Shown piece by piece: positions 36,851 to 48,631 of a stretch of DNA of 61,460 nucleotides. The notes under the pieces are model-generated. The model did no database searches, had not been told where the DNA came from, and was given only the letters and a program-made list of their open reading frames with translations. The position numbers and the translations under genes were made by a program. This stretch comes from a virus (Duplodnaviria > Caudoviricetes): positions 1 to 61,460 of IMG/VR virus record IMGVR_UViG_3300025674_000039. The stretch is one strand, 5' to 3'. Position 1 is the first letter of the stretch. Every line of letters starts with the position of its first letter.

Positions 36851-39800
36851 ATGCCTCTGAATAAGTTACAGAACTTTATTAAGAACACTGAAGGGCGCAT
36901 CCTGTACGTTAATCCAAATGATCTGGATTCTACTGATTCGATCACTAACAGTGGTAACTCCTTAGCACAACCATTCAAAACGATTCAGAGAGCACTTCTT
37001 GAGTCGGCAAGATTTTCTTTCGTTAGTGGAAAGGGAAATGATATTACAGAGAAGACGACTATTCTTGTCTTCCCAGCAGAGCACGTCATTGATAACAGAC
37101 CTGGTTATGCAATTTATGATAACAATGGAATTGCATATACAGTTCCTCCAACTGGTGGTATCGGATCTCCTGCAGCACCAGTTCTTTCTCTTGAGTTAGA
37201 TTCAAACTTTGACATCACTCAAGATGATAACATCCTTTACAAGTTTAATAGTGTAAATGGTGGTGTTATCATTCCAAGAGGTACATCCATTGTTGGTCTA
37301 GACCTTAGAAAGACGAAGGTTAGACCAAAATATGTACCAAACCCAACTGACCCCCTGATTGGAGATTCTTCAATCTTTAGAGTAACTGGTGCATGTTATT
37401 TCTGGCAGTTCTCTTTCTTTGATGGTGATGAGAGTGGTACAGTTTACACTCACCCATCATTCTTTAGTGATGCATATAAGACAGTACCTAGATTCTCACA
37501 CCATAAACTAGCATGTTTTGAATATGCTGATGGTGTAAATGAAGTTGGTAGTTATGGTCTGACTGACCTTGACATGTATTACAGTAAGTTGAGTAATGCA
37601 TTCAACAACTATAGAGAGATTCCAGTTCCTGAGAAATTCCCTAACAGTTCAGAGAACTTTGCTAAGAGAGATCCAGAATGGCAGATCGTTGGTGCATTTG
37701 CTACTGACCCTATTGAAATTTCCAATATTATATCTGGAAATGGTACGACCGCAAACAACCTAATTACGGTAACTACCAGCACTCCACACAATCTGAATAT
37801 TGATACGCCAATCAAGATCAAGGGTGTTGGTGAGACAAATTATAATGTATCAACAAAGGTTCAGAACGTAATTGATGCTGTTACATTCACATACTTACTA
37901 GAATCTTTCCCAATTAACCTTGATGCAAATCCAAGTAGTTCTGGTGCAAACGTAACAGTTGAAACTGATACTGTAACTGGAGCATCTCCATACATCTTTA
38001 ATACCTCTCTGAGATCAGTTTGGGGTATGAATGGAATGCACGCAGATGGTCTGAAGGCATCTGGATTCCGTTCAATGGTTGTGGCTCAGTTCACTGCTGT
38101 ATCTCTACAGAAGGATGATCGTGCATTTGTTAAATATAACCCACAATCTAGAGCTTATGAGGGTGTAGATTATGATACTGTCTATGGTGCAGCACTAGCA
38201 ACACAGGCATCTCAGACAGATACTACTAAGATCTATCACCTAGATCAGGAAGCAGTTTATAGGCAAGGATGGGAAACAAGTCACATCAAGATTTCTAACG
38301 ACTCATTTATTCAGGTCGTTTCTGTCTTTGCTATTGGATTTAACAAGCACTTTGATATTGAGAGTGGTGGTGACGCATCGATCACCAACTCTAACTCTAA
38401 CTTCGGTCAAATATCACTCAACTCTGAAGGATACAAGGCCGCGGCATTTGATAAAGATGATAAGGCATACCTTACATCGATCATTGGTCCTAGAGAGATT
38501 GACACTACAGAAGAGGAAGAGATCGAGTGGATCGCTCTTGATGTTCAGAAAACTGTTAATGCAGCAAATGCAGAAAGATTATATCTACTTGGATTAGACA
38601 AAGAGGATAGCTTACCTACAAACATTACACAAGGTTATCGTATTGGTGCCCGTGTAGAGGATAAACTATATCTTGATCTCAATGGCACTGAGTATGAAGG
38701 TATCATCAAGATGGCACCAGGACCAAATGGTGCTTCTCCTTCTTCATTTAAGTCGTATAGTGTAACTTCAGTATCTGCTAATGAACTAACCATTCCCGGT
38801 CATAACATTGCAACTGGTGAGAAGATTATTCTTAATAGTGAAAGTGGTGATCTTCCTGAAAATGTAACTCCTCATATTGTTTACTACGCAATAAGAACTG
38901 CTGGTGATAAGATCAAACTTGCTACCTCAGAAACTAATGCTCTTAATGGAGAAGCACTTACCATCTATGGTGGAACATCTCTGGTAGTCAAGAGTAGAGT
39001 ATCTGATAAAAATTCTGGAGAACTTGGATCTCCAATTCAATGGGATTCTGCTCAGTCAAACTGGTATATTTGGGTTGATTCTACAAATACAATTTACAGT
39101 GCAATCGTAGCAAATCAGACAGAACTGATTAATGATAACCAAGGAGCAACAGACCTTGCTTATGTAAGAAGAATCGTTGATGATAGAAGTTTAGATGAGA
39201 AAGTTTACAAACTTAGAGTTGTAATTCCTAAAGAACAGGTTGGTGCAAAGGATCCAGAACAGTCATTCATTATTCAGGATTCTAGTAATACTGGAGCAGG
39301 ATCAGGTGATTTTACAAAAACCAATATCGTTGCTGCTGATTATGACTTTAAGAGAAATCAAAGATATATTGTATCAACAACACTGTCTTTGACAACAGTA
39401 ACTGTAGAAACTTCTACTCCACATAATCTACAAATAGGTGATGAAATTACTATTGTTAATGTAACTTGTTCAAACAATACAGATGCAACTGCAAATAGAG
39501 GATTTAATGGTAAGTTTGTCGTTCTATCTGTAAATGATTTTGAGTTCACTTATGATACCACAGATACTACTGGAAGAGAACACTTCCCTGGACCAGAGAG
39601 TACCAATAATACTCATGCAAGGGTAACTGCCGATGAGGTAAGAGACCTACCAAGATATGAAAGAACTGATAACCAGAATAATCTGTATATTTACAGAAAT
39701 GAGATTATCTCTCCATATATTGAAGGTGAGCAAGATGGTATCTACCACTTCTATGCATTAAATGCAAGTAATTCTATTACAGAGCAATTTACAAACTTAA

Positions 39801-42628
39801 ATTACTCTCAGAATAGTGTAGATCTTTATCCTCAACTTGACAGAGATAACTACGATTCAAACCCACCAGCATCCAAGACATTTGCCTTACGTGCTCCAAT
39901 CGGAGATGTTAATACAAGTGATCTCAAGAAGAGTGTTACTAGAGAAGCACTTGATAAATTTACTAGATCATTTGGATTAGGACTAAAGATTACAAATGTA
40001 ACTTCTAGCAGCACTACTATAACTCTAACTTTCGATAGAGATCATGGTCTAGGTGGTGTAGCGACTGGAACTCTTAGTGGTAATACTGGTTATAATCCAG
40101 GAACTTATTATGATGTTAAACTTCTAAACAATAATGCCAACCCACTTGTAGGTGTTTGGAAGGGTGCTAGAGCTAAAGTTGTAGTTGATGTTGCTACAAA
40201 TATTACAAGCATTATTATTACATCTGCAGGTTCTGCATATCAACCAGGAGAGATTCTATATCCAGATTCTTCTGTTCTTGGTATTGCTGGACTTCCTGCC
40301 ACATATACAATTCCGGCAAATGGAATTGTTAATAATATTGATGATACCATTCAAATCACTGGTGATGGTGAGTATCCGGATGAATACTTCAGAATTACTC
40401 AAATTTTAGACACAAATAGAATTAGCCTTCAAAGAGGAGGAGTTAGTGTCCCAGTTCCTACAACAGATCAGTATGCCCTATTAGTTGGACCAACAATTTT
40501 TATCCAAAATAAAACTTATAATGGTACAACTAAAACTGCAACTATCAATACTATCGGTGCTCATGGACTTAAGACCGGCAACAAAATTACTATAAGAAAC
40601 GATTCGGCTGCTGTTGCTGGAACATATCTAGTTGATTCAACGAATGGTATAGATGAGTTCACTGTAATAACCGATGAGAATCCTAATAATGTAGGAAATG
40701 GATATATTCTCAAGCATGGATATTCCTCTAACCAAGGAATTTCTGATATTAGAGAAGAGAATCTTGCATCTAGACAGTGGACTGTTTATGCAGGTGATAC
40801 ATTAAAAGTCAACAGTGCTATCGGTGATGGCGAAAATGAGACGACGTTGCAAGTAGCAGAGTATAAGACATCTACTGGAATTTCAAATAGATTCCAAATC
40901 GGTGATTATATTCGAGTAGGGAATGAGATCATGAGGATCACATCCTCAAACAATACTACTCAGTTTACAGTAATTCGTGGTGCATTAGGAACAAGAAAAG
41001 AATCTCATCTATTAAATGAGTTGATTGTAAAGATCAAGGCACCTGCACTTGAATTCCGTAGACCATCTATTCTTCGTGCTTCTGGTCATACATTTGAATA
41101 TCTTGGTTATGGTCCAGGTAACTACTCTACTGGATTACCACAGATTCAGGTTAGACAACTCTCTGAAAGAGAGTCATTCCTTGTTCAATCTCAAGAAAGA
41201 GCAGGTGGTGTCGTTGTTTACACTGGCATGAACAATGATGGTGATTTCTTCAGTGGAAATACTAAGACATCATCTTCTTCTGGTGAGGTTATCTCTTACG
41301 ATATTCCAAGACCAACTGTTACTGGTGAAGATCCTTCCAAGTCAAGTGCTGTATTTGATGAAATTACTGTCAAGGAGAGAATCCTTGTTGAAGGTGGTGA
41401 TTCTGGAACAGTTCTGTCTCAGTTTGATGGACCAGTTACCTTTAATAAGAACACTAGATTCAAAGGTGCTGCTATCTTTAGTGACAGTATCAGAATCAAG
41501 AAAGATACTGGAACTGCACTTGAGTCAGCGGGAGATGTTTACTTCAAGAAAGATCTTACTGTAGATGGTGATGTTAATTTTGGTGGTGGTCTTGATCTTA
41601 ATGGAGATCTGGATTTAGGTGATGATGATAAACTTTACCTTGGTGATAGTCCAGAACGCCTTGAAATCTATCATGGTTCTAATGGCAATAGTTATATTAA
41701 AGAAAATGATCCTAATGGACACCTTTATCTACAAACAAGTAGATTATTTGTCACCAATGAAGATGATAGTGCAAATATTTTAATTGCTAATGATGATCAA
41801 GGTCGTGTAAAACTATATGATAATGGTACTCTTCGTTTCCAAACAGGTAATCCTGATCTGAAGATCTTTGGTAACTTAGATTTCAGAGATTCTGATCCTA
41901 ATGAAGGCATCATCTATGCAAATAAACTTGAAGTTCCAAACATTACTCCTATTGGATCGATCATCCTGTGGCCAGGAACAATTGACAACTTCCCTGATAA
42001 CTGGAAGATTTGTAATGGTCAGCAACTTGTTATCGCAGATTACCCAGGTTGCTATAATACTCTTACCAACAATGGAACTACGTTCCCATTCGGTAACAAT
42101 ACTAATGGAGGAACTCAATTCCGTCTACCAGATATGGTAAACAGATTTGTTGTTGGCACTGGAGATTTGTACAATGTTGGTTCAACTGGTGGTAATAAAG
42201 ATGCTTCTTTGGTAGCACACGAACACAGTGGTACATCACAGGGTCAGAGTCAATCTCATACTCATAGTGGTACTACTAATGATCAAAATGCTAATCATAC
42301 TCACAGTGGTAGAACTGGTGATGATTCTCCAGACCATACTCATGTTGTTGAGGGTCAACCTAACGGAAACATTGAGCGTGGCAATAGAGCATCAAGATCT
42401 GCAAGAGATGAACAAAGAGGTGATCGTACAACTCAGGGTGCAAGTACCAGACACCAACATGATTTCTCAACTGGCAATCAGATAGGCAATCACAAGCACC
42501 AGTTTTCTACTGGTGATAATATCGGAGACCACACCCATCAATACACCACATCTAATGAAGGTGTAAATGCTAACAACAAAAATCTCCCACCATATTTTGG
42601 AATGATCTATTTAATGAGGGTATTGTAA
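36851..42628 (+). CDS. large virion structural/fibre protein (1925 aa) with collar and His-rich tip
   Basis: MPLNKLQNF, PFKTIQRAL, RRPSILRASGHTFEYLGYGPGNYS, PIGSIILW...NLPPY; GATAAATA at 36809. Confidence 0.9.
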   Translation: MPLNKLQNFIKNTEGRILYVNPNDLDSTDSITNSGNSLAQPFKTIQRALLESARFSFVSGKGNDITEKTTILVFPAEHVIDNRPGYAIYDNNGIAYTVPPTGGIGSPAAPVLSLELDSNFDITQDDNILYKFNSVNGGVIIPRGTSIVGLDLRKTKVRPKYVPNPTDPLIGDSSIFRVTGACYFWQFSFFDGDESGTVYTHPSFFSDAYKTVPRFSHHKLACFEYADGVNEVGSYGLTDLDMYYSKLSNAFNNYREIPVPEKFPNSSENFAKRDPEWQIVGAFATDPIEISNIISGNGTTANNLITVTTSTPHNLNIDTPIKIKGVGETNYNVSTKVQNVIDAVTFTYLLESFPINLDANPSSSGANVTVETDTVTGASPYIFNTSLRSVWGMNGMHADGLKASGFRSMVVAQFTAVSLQKDDRAFVKYNPQSRAYEGVDYDTVYGAALATQASQTDTTKIYHLDQEAVYRQGWETSHIKISNDSFIQVVSVFAIGFNKHFDIESGGDASITNSNSNFGQISLNSEGYKAAAFDKDDKAYLTSIIGPREIDTTEEEEIEWIALDVQKTVNAANAERLYLLGLDKEDSLPTNITQGYRIGARVEDKLYLDLNGTEYEGIIKMAPGPNGASPSSFKSYSVTSVSANELTIPGHNIATGEKIILNSESGDLPENVTPHIVYYAIRTAGDKIKLATSETNALNGEALTIYGGTSLVVKSRVSDKNSGELGSPIQWDSAQSNWYIWVDSTNTIYSAIVANQTELINDNQGATDLAYVRRIVDDRSLDEKVYKLRVVIPKEQVGAKDPEQSFIIQDSSNTGAGSGDFTKTNIVAADYDFKRNQRYIVSTTLSLTTVTVETSTPHNLQIGDEITIVNVTCSNNTDATANRGFNGKFVVLSVNDFEFTYDTTDTTGREHFPGPESTNNTHARVTADEVRDLPRYERTDNQNNLYIYRNEIISPYIEGEQDGIYHFYALNASNSITEQFTNLNYSQNSVDLYPQLDRDNYDSNPPASKTFALRAPIGDVNTSDLKKSVTREALDKFTRSFGLGLKITNVTSSSTTITLTFDRDHGLGGVATGTLSGNTGYNPGTYYDVKLLNNNANPLVGVWKGARAKVVVDVATNITSIIITSAGSAYQPGEILYPDSSVLGIAGLPATYTIPANGIVNNIDDTIQITGDGEYPDEYFRITQILDTNRISLQRGGVSVPVPTTDQYALLVGPTIFIQNKTYNGTTKTATINTIGAHGLKTGNKITIRNDSAAVAGTYLVDSTNGIDEFTVITDENPNNVGNGYILKHGYSSNQGISDIREENLASRQWTVYAGDTLKVNSAIGDGENETTLQVAEYKTSTGISNRFQIGDYIRVGNEIMRITSSNNTTQFTVIRGALGTRKESHLLNELIVKIKAPALEFRRPSILRASGHTFEYLGYGPGNYSTGLPQIQVRQLSERESFLVQSQERAGGVVVYTGMNNDGDFFSGNTKTSSSSGEVISYDIPRPTVTGEDPSKSSAVFDEITVKERILVEGGDSGTVLSQFDGPVTFNKNTRFKGAAIFSDSIRIKKDTGTALESAGDVYFKKDLTVDGDVNFGGGLDLNGDLDLGDDDKLYLGDSPERLEIYHGSNGNSYIKENDPNGHLYLQTSRLFVTNEDDSANILIANDDQGRVKLYDNGTLRFQTGNPDLKIFGNLDFRDSDPNEGIIYANKLEVPNITPIGSIILWPGTIDNFPDNWKICNGQQLVIADYPGCYNTLTNNGTTFPFGNNTNGGTQFRLPDMVNRFVVGTGDLYNVGSTGGNKDASLVAHEHSGTSQGQSQSHTHSGTTNDQNANHTHSGRTGDDSPDHTHVVEGQPNGNIERGNRASRSARDEQRGDRTTQGASTRHQHDFSTGNQIGNHKHQFSTGDNIGDHTHQYTTSNEGVNANNKNLPPYFGMIYLMRVL

Positions 42629-42651
42629 TAAATAACTAAAAACCATAAGAA

Positions 42652-44703
42652 ATGGCAAATTTCAAAAAATCATTCAATTTTAGGAATGGTGTACAGGTTG
42701 ATAATGATAATTTCGTTGTAAATTCTAATGGTCTGGTTGGAATTGGAACTTCAGTTCCGACCGAAGCTTTAGATGTTATTGGTAACGTTGATGTTGATGG
42801 ATTGATCAGTTCACCACTGGCAATTATTGGGGTGTCTACGATAACTTATGTTGTCGCAGATAATATCAATGTTGGTGGAGCAGTAACTGCTAATACTTTC
42901 TATGGTAGTGCTGCTGGATTGTCCGATATCTATGCCATTGCCGTTGATGGTTGGAATGTTGCTGGAACAGGACATATTTCAACAACTTCCAGTGTTAGTG
43001 TTGGTTTGGATCAACCTGACAATGCTGATGCACAGTTTACTGTAGGTTCTGACGTTTCCATCGGTGCTACTGTTAGAGTGAGAGATAAACATATTATATT
43101 AAATGCATTTGATGGGTCAGAAAATACAAATGATATTATAGATGATTATAAACAATCTGGATTGGGATTTGATGTAAGATTTGATAATAACGGGACAAGT
43201 GTTCTTGGAGCACTGATTAATGGAAATTATGACATTGATAAATGTGACCTACACTTTAATGTAAGAGAAAATTTTAATTTAAATTTTCCAAACGTTCCTG
43301 CAATGTCGATCACGACTGAGCAGAATGTCGGTATAAAAACAGATAATCCAACATCTGCATTGTACGTCTATGGGGATGGATATTGCACTGGAGTAGTTAC
43401 TGCAACATCATACTATGCCGATACTATTTTTGCAACTACTGTAACAGGCGATTTAATTGGCATTGCAAATACTGCATTAGATGTTGACGATAACGCAAAT
43501 ATTACAATAAATTCGGTCAATAGTTGGTTTTCCATAACTGGTATTAGTACAGTTCATGATTTGTTATATGTCGAATCTGATATTGGAGTAGGCACAGAAA
43601 TACCATCAACTGATATTCATGTTTCGAGAACAGAAGAAGATGCTGGTATCCAGGTAACTGCAGTCAATAGTGTTGCAACAGTAACCGTTGGTAGAAATTC
43701 AAACGCGACAACTGCAAGTGGTCAACTTAGATTTGGAAATAATGATGGTAGTTTCCCTTCAAGTACAACAGATTCATTTGATCTTATCAATTATGATGAT
43801 GGAAACATCAACTTCTATCTAAATCCAGGTGGATCTGGAACAGGAGTATTCAACTGGTTTGCTCCAGGTTTATCTAACATAATGACTCTGAATCAAGAGG
43901 GATATCTTGGTTTGAATGATAATGACCCAGGTGTTCTTCTGAGTGTAGATGGAAATGTAAATGTGACTGGAATCGCTACGATTCAAGATCTTAATATCGG
44001 AAACACAGTAAATGTTACTAATGATCTTGTCGTAGAATCTTTTGTTGGAGTATCTACAAATGCAGTTCCAACAGCATACAACCTACAAGTAGGAGCAAAT
44101 CCTCAAACTCTAAGTGGAGTTGGATTGGACCAGAATGGAAACATTCGAGGTTCAGGAAACCTTGAGATGAACGGTAGTTTAGCAGGTTCTTCGCTTTTAA
44201 TCAATGGTCAGGTGACTATTGCTAATGGTGGAAATTTGAATGCAAATGATATTTCCGCACAGAATATTACTGCAACTTCCATAGATGCTGGTTCTTATGG
44301 TGACGTAATTGCAACCAAAGTTGATATTTCAGGTAGTGGCGGTGTCAATGCTCCAGCAGGAGTTGGAACTTTCTCAGCTATAGATGTCACTACTTTTGGA
44401 GTTCTAAATCCAACTGAAATCAATCTTGAATTTCCAGGAACCATTTCCGGAGCCGGAACTATCACCGCTAGTGAGTTCCGTACTTCAGGAAACTATCAAC
44501 TTTCAGGAAATGGTCTTACTAGAGATACAACTGTATTTAATTTTAATTACACAGATGATTATGGGGAAGGTGGAATTGAGATTCAAGTAAATCCTGGTAT
44601 TACTCCAGAACCTGCATTTGAAGGCATCAAGTTTGAGACAGACGGAACAGATCTGTACATAACCGTAATTGGTATTGGAACTGCAATTCTTTCTCTCTCT
44701 TGA
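42652..44703 (+). CDS. tail fibre-like structural protein
   Basis: KSFNFRNGVQVD, repeated VGIGT motifs; late promoter at about 42627. Confidence 0.8.
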   Translation: MANFKKSFNFRNGVQVDNDNFVVNSNGLVGIGTSVPTEALDVIGNVDVDGLISSPLAIIGVSTITYVVADNINVGGAVTANTFYGSAAGLSDIYAIAVDGWNVAGTGHISTTSSVSVGLDQPDNADAQFTVGSDVSIGATVRVRDKHIILNAFDGSENTNDIIDDYKQSGLGFDVRFDNNGTSVLGALINGNYDIDKCDLHFNVRENFNLNFPNVPAMSITTEQNVGIKTDNPTSALYVYGDGYCTGVVTATSYYADTIFATTVTGDLIGIANTALDVDDNANITINSVNSWFSITGISTVHDLLYVESDIGVGTEIPSTDIHVSRTEEDAGIQVTAVNSVATVTVGRNSNATTASGQLRFGNNDGSFPSSTTDSFDLINYDDGNINFYLNPGGSGTGVFNWFAPGLSNIMTLNQEGYLGLNDNDPGVLLSVDGNVNVTGIATIQDLNIGNTVNVTNDLVVESFVGVSTNAVPTAYNLQVGANPQTLSGVGLDQNGNIRGSGNLEMNGSLAGSSLLINGQVTIANGGNLNANDISAQNITATSIDAGSYGDVIATKVDISGSGGVNAPAGVGTFSAIDVTTFGVLNPTEINLEFPGTISGAGTITASEFRTSGNYQLSGNGLTRDTTVFNFNYTDDYGEGGIEIQVNPGITPEPAFEGIKFETDGTDLYITVIGIGTAILSLS

Positions 44704-44757
44704 CACAACACTCAAATATCAGTAGAATCTCTTTGTCCGCTTTGGCGGGATGGCTTT

Positions 44758-44815
44758 AGGACACATAGAGTACTGTCACATAGAGACCCCACTGGGGTCT
44801 TTTTTAATGTATAAT
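44758..44815 (+). promoter_or_regulatory. palindrome, hairpin and -10 promoter at the start of the accessory region
   Basis: AGGACACAT-AGAG-TACTGTCAC; hairpin AGACCCC-ACT-GGGGTCT plus T run; TATAAT at 44810. Confidence 0.75.
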
Positions 44816-44837
44816 TGAACTACATTGACACCACATT

Positions 44838-46061
44838 ATGCTCAGACATCATCAGAAACATGCTCTTCATCGTATGTTGCAGTACGACAAGGGTGTTATT
44901 TGTGCTGTCACTGGTGCTGGTAAGACGCTCATAGGTGTTTACGATGCTGTTAGGCAGTTTGAGAGCGAAGAGGATCAGACAGTCGTTGTAGTCGCTCCTA
45001 GGTTGCTCCTGGCAAATCAGTTATCGGAAGAATATCTTGAGCATATTGCCAATGCTTCAGTACTTCACGTACATAGTGGAGATACAAGACACGCATCTAC
45101 AACAAAACCTCACTACATCAAGAGGTGGGTAGAGAGCACGAAGGGTCACAAACTGATCTTCACTACTTATCACTCTCTGTGTCGTGTGATTGAATCAGGG
45201 ATTGCGGTGGATACATCTCACTTGGATGAGGCACATAACTCTGTTCGTAAGGACTTCTTTCCTTATGTTGAGATGTTGTCTGCTCTGTCAGATCGTTTTT
45301 ACTCATACACAGCAACACCAAAACATTCTTCCAAGGTCAACAAACCTGGAATGAATCGTACTGACGTGTATGGTCAGATGATCGTCAATGTCTCTGCTCC
45401 TGAAATGGTTCAGAGTGGATATATTGTTCCTCCTGATGTCAGGACACACACAATCAATGCTGTACGGGACAAGGAATATGGTGCAGAACGTGATTGCATG
45501 ACACTGCTGGATACGATCATCAACGAAGACAACATGGAGAAGGTGCTGGTTGCTGCACCAAACACCAAGGTGTTGATTCGTATGCTTGCAGAGACAGAGT
45601 TCATGACTGAGGTTCAGTCCTATGGATACGATGTCCTGTGGATTACCTCTAAATATGGTGCATTTGTCAATAACGACAAGGTAAGCAGGGAAGAGTTCTT
45701 CAACACTCTTCGTGCATATGGTAAGGATCCTGACAAAAAGTTCATCATTCTTCACTACAGCATCCTGTCAGAGGGTATTGATTGTCCTGGATTGACCTCC
45801 TGCATCCTCATGAGGAACCTTGACTACATCTCCATGGCACAGACCATCGGTAGAGTCATTCGCCTCCATCCAGAGGATTCTAAGCGCCTCTCAGAGGGTG
45901 TGATTGAACCAGGGGCGACGGAACAATATGTAAAGTCCAGTGGTTTTATCCACATTCCGGTGTATAATAATGTTGGGATCGGCACGGTACGGCGTATCCA
46001 GTCAGTGACTGATACAATATTCGTACAGGGCGATCCTGTCATCTCTACAATCACCAAGTGA
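44838..46061 (+). CDS. SF2 (DEAD/DEAH-like, ResIII-type) helicase
   Basis: TGAGKT, DEAH, TAT, ILSEGIDC, QTIGRVIR. Confidence 0.92.
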   Translation: MLRHHQKHALHRMLQYDKGVICAVTGAGKTLIGVYDAVRQFESEEDQTVVVVAPRLLLANQLSEEYLEHIANASVLHVHSGDTRHASTTKPHYIKRWVESTKGHKLIFTTYHSLCRVIESGIAVDTSHLDEAHNSVRKDFFPYVEMLSALSDRFYSYTATPKHSSKVNKPGMNRTDVYGQMIVNVSAPEMVQSGYIVPPDVRTHTINAVRDKEYGAERDCMTLLDTIINEDNMEKVLVAAPNTKVLIRMLAETEFMTEVQSYGYDVLWITSKYGAFVNNDKVSREEFFNTLRAYGKDPDKKFIILHYSILSEGIDCPGLTSCILMRNLDYISMAQTIGRVIRLHPEDSKRLSEGVIEPGATEQYVKSSGFIHIPVYNNVGIGTVRRIQSVTDTIFVQGDPVISTITK

Positions 46062-47629
46062 GGATCCGACAATGATGCACCGCGTTACCTGCATGGTTAG
46101 TGGTCGTGTATTCAACGTTGACTGCTATGCCCGCAACCGGAATGAAGCAATTTCAGTTGCCCGTGCTCAGTATCCAAATGCAAGAATCATGTCCTCTAAT
46201 ATTTTGTATTGATGCCCTACGGATGGAACATTCAAAATGAAACTCTGTTGGATCCTGTACCAGGACATCCCAACGGATATGTGACTGAAGGTGGTGAATG
46301 GGCAGCAGTTCCTCTAGTAGGTTGCAAGAAGTTCATCATCATACATAATGGTAGACAGTGCCATATATCACGTAATTATCCCTCTGCTGTTTCTTACATT
46401 AAGAGGCAACTTAAAAAATCTAAAAAGAAATGCAAATGAACACTCCCGAAAAACATCAAAAACGTCGTGACGCACTGGGACTCTTTTATGAGAGTGTCCT
46501 GAAACCTGATCATGAACTCAGGCAGTGTGCTCATAACCAGTCATGCTATCATGAGTTGATGGAGTGGCGTGATGATGTCATTCGCTGGTTGGATCAGCGA
46601 AGAAATCAAGAGTTTGGGTGATGCTATATTTTTACTTTTGGGGATTTTTATTGATCATAATCGTTTACTTTATTGTAAGTGATCCGGGAATCGGCCAACT
46701 TGTGTATATGTTTGGTAGATGGTTAGATATAAATTTCCAAAAGTATAAATGGATGCTGCTAAATGATCCAAGAAATCCTATAGTTAAATGGATGATATGG
46801 AGAAAATCTATGAAGATGGCAGAAAAAATAAGAAAAGAGATAGAAAATAAATAGATGCAATAGGGGAGAGTTATGTTATCAACTCAGTATCGTCTTCGTC
46901 TTGAAGGGATTTGTAAAAAGATTGTGAGGGGCGAAGACGTTCCCCTGGAAGATATGATTTGGGCAGAGAAACTGTCCAAGGCAAATACTACTGCCCGTGA
47001 GTGGTTGAAGAAAGCACGTCGTCAATCATCAGCACAGATTCAAGAAGGAACAATGGATGACTTCATGAATCGTATGGGTCTTGGTGATCCTGATCCGTCC
47101 AATTACAAGACCGGGTTTGATAGTGCCGATGAAATTGTAGATTGGTTCAAGCAAGACAAACCTGATGACTGGCGCCAGAGAGATTAACTATGAAAGAATT
47201 GCAGGAGTCAACGTGACTAATCAAGTTACTAAACTGAATATTGTTAAGAACTTGGTAGAGAAGATTGCTGAACTTCTAAATGCAGAGATTCACTATTCTT
47301 ATCTTCTTGATCATAAAGGTCTAGAGCAGAGAAAAATTTCAATTACTTACAAAGAAGAATGACTGAAGAGACAATCATTAAAAAGTATGATATTGAAGAC
47401 ATTGATGTGGACAAATTGCCACCAATGGTATATGATTGGATTGAAGAAAATAAATTCACACAAATCTCCCAATATGTCAATGCTCCCACTGTAACCCAAG
47501 AATCTAATCCCGAGTGGGGTGAAGGTATTACAGTGTGGTTTCTGGGTTGGCATGATAAGGCAGAGTTCTCACTCTGCAAGAGTCCTCTAGTGGATGATGA
47601 CTTTTTAGTATCTTGCCTAAAATAAACTC

Positions 47630-47866
47630 ATGAAAGACGCAGTAATCTATTCCAACGGCAGTCAAGAGTGTCAGCGCATGGCATCACTACTTCAATCACT
47701 GGATGGGAAGTATCATGAATACCTTTTGGGTGTACATTTCAGTGATAAGCAGTTCAGAATGGAATTTGGGGACGAAGCAGAGTATCCCCAAGTATCATAT
47801 GGTGATAGGCACCTTGGCAGCATGAAGGAAGCACTTCAATACTTTAGTGGTATGGGGTTGTTCTGA
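47630..47866 (+). CDS. glutaredoxin-like protein lacking CxxC
   Basis: VIYS...SQEC, EFG.EAEYPQV...HLG aligns with the 2225 glutaredoxin. Confidence 0.7.
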   Translation: MKDAVIYSNGSQECQRMASLLQSLDGKYHEYLLGVHFSDKQFRMEFGDEAEYPQVSYGDRHLGSMKEALQYFSGMGLF

Positions 47867-48386
47867 TGGATTATGATGAGTTTGCCGCACAGAGTTTAGA
47901 ATATTACATGGATATGGTCATGCTTATCCAGATAAAAACTAAATATCATATGAAATTTACCGATGATGAGAAAGAAATCAACGGTTATATTCTTGAAGTT
48001 CAAGAAAGTAATAAGATTAACGCATTGAGAGATAAATTCGAAAAGATCTGGGGCAACGATACATGAATTACTCCTTTACTCTTCTTCTTTGTTTTCTCCC
48101 TCTTGCGATCATCTACATAGTATTGAAGATTGCTGTTTGGATGTCTGCCGTAAATGCTGAATCGGATTATGTCAGGAGAGAACCTTTACGAAAACGAGGA
48201 CCCTTCGTGGAGAATCCATATGATGACGTTGATGAAGAGGAAGAGGAATATGGAGATCGCACAGATTTTAGATAAAGCCATCAACGATTACTACACAGAG
48301 AAGGGTAAACCAGTCCCCAGGTGGAAGTTGCAGAAAGACCCTCAGTGGTGGATAGATTATCTAAAGGAAATTGATGACGAAAAAGG

Positions 48387-48416
48387 TTGACAACACCTGT
48401 CTTTGTCGTTTATAAT
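48387..48416 (+). promoter_or_regulatory. sigma70 promoter
   Basis: TTGACA-18-TATAAT. Confidence 0.8.
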
Positions 48417-48631
48417 CGGAGTATATACATCTTTATCATGGACTATAGACCTTACAGTAGAGAGTGGACACGAAAACGATACCTTGCAGAGGCTATCGAA
48501 GAATACTTCAATACTGATGCGTCTACCGATGTGATCATTGGTGACATCTCTGATGTCCTTCAAGAAAAGGCAAACTTCTATCAACGTAGAGCAACTAAAT
48601 TCAAACAAGTACTGAAAAGTGTCAAGGAACT

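Noticed and set aside
44838-46061. Type III restriction-modification system or UvsW
   Set aside because: Only SF2 helicase motifs; no nuclease domain or adjacent methyltransferase, and not in the usual uvsW context
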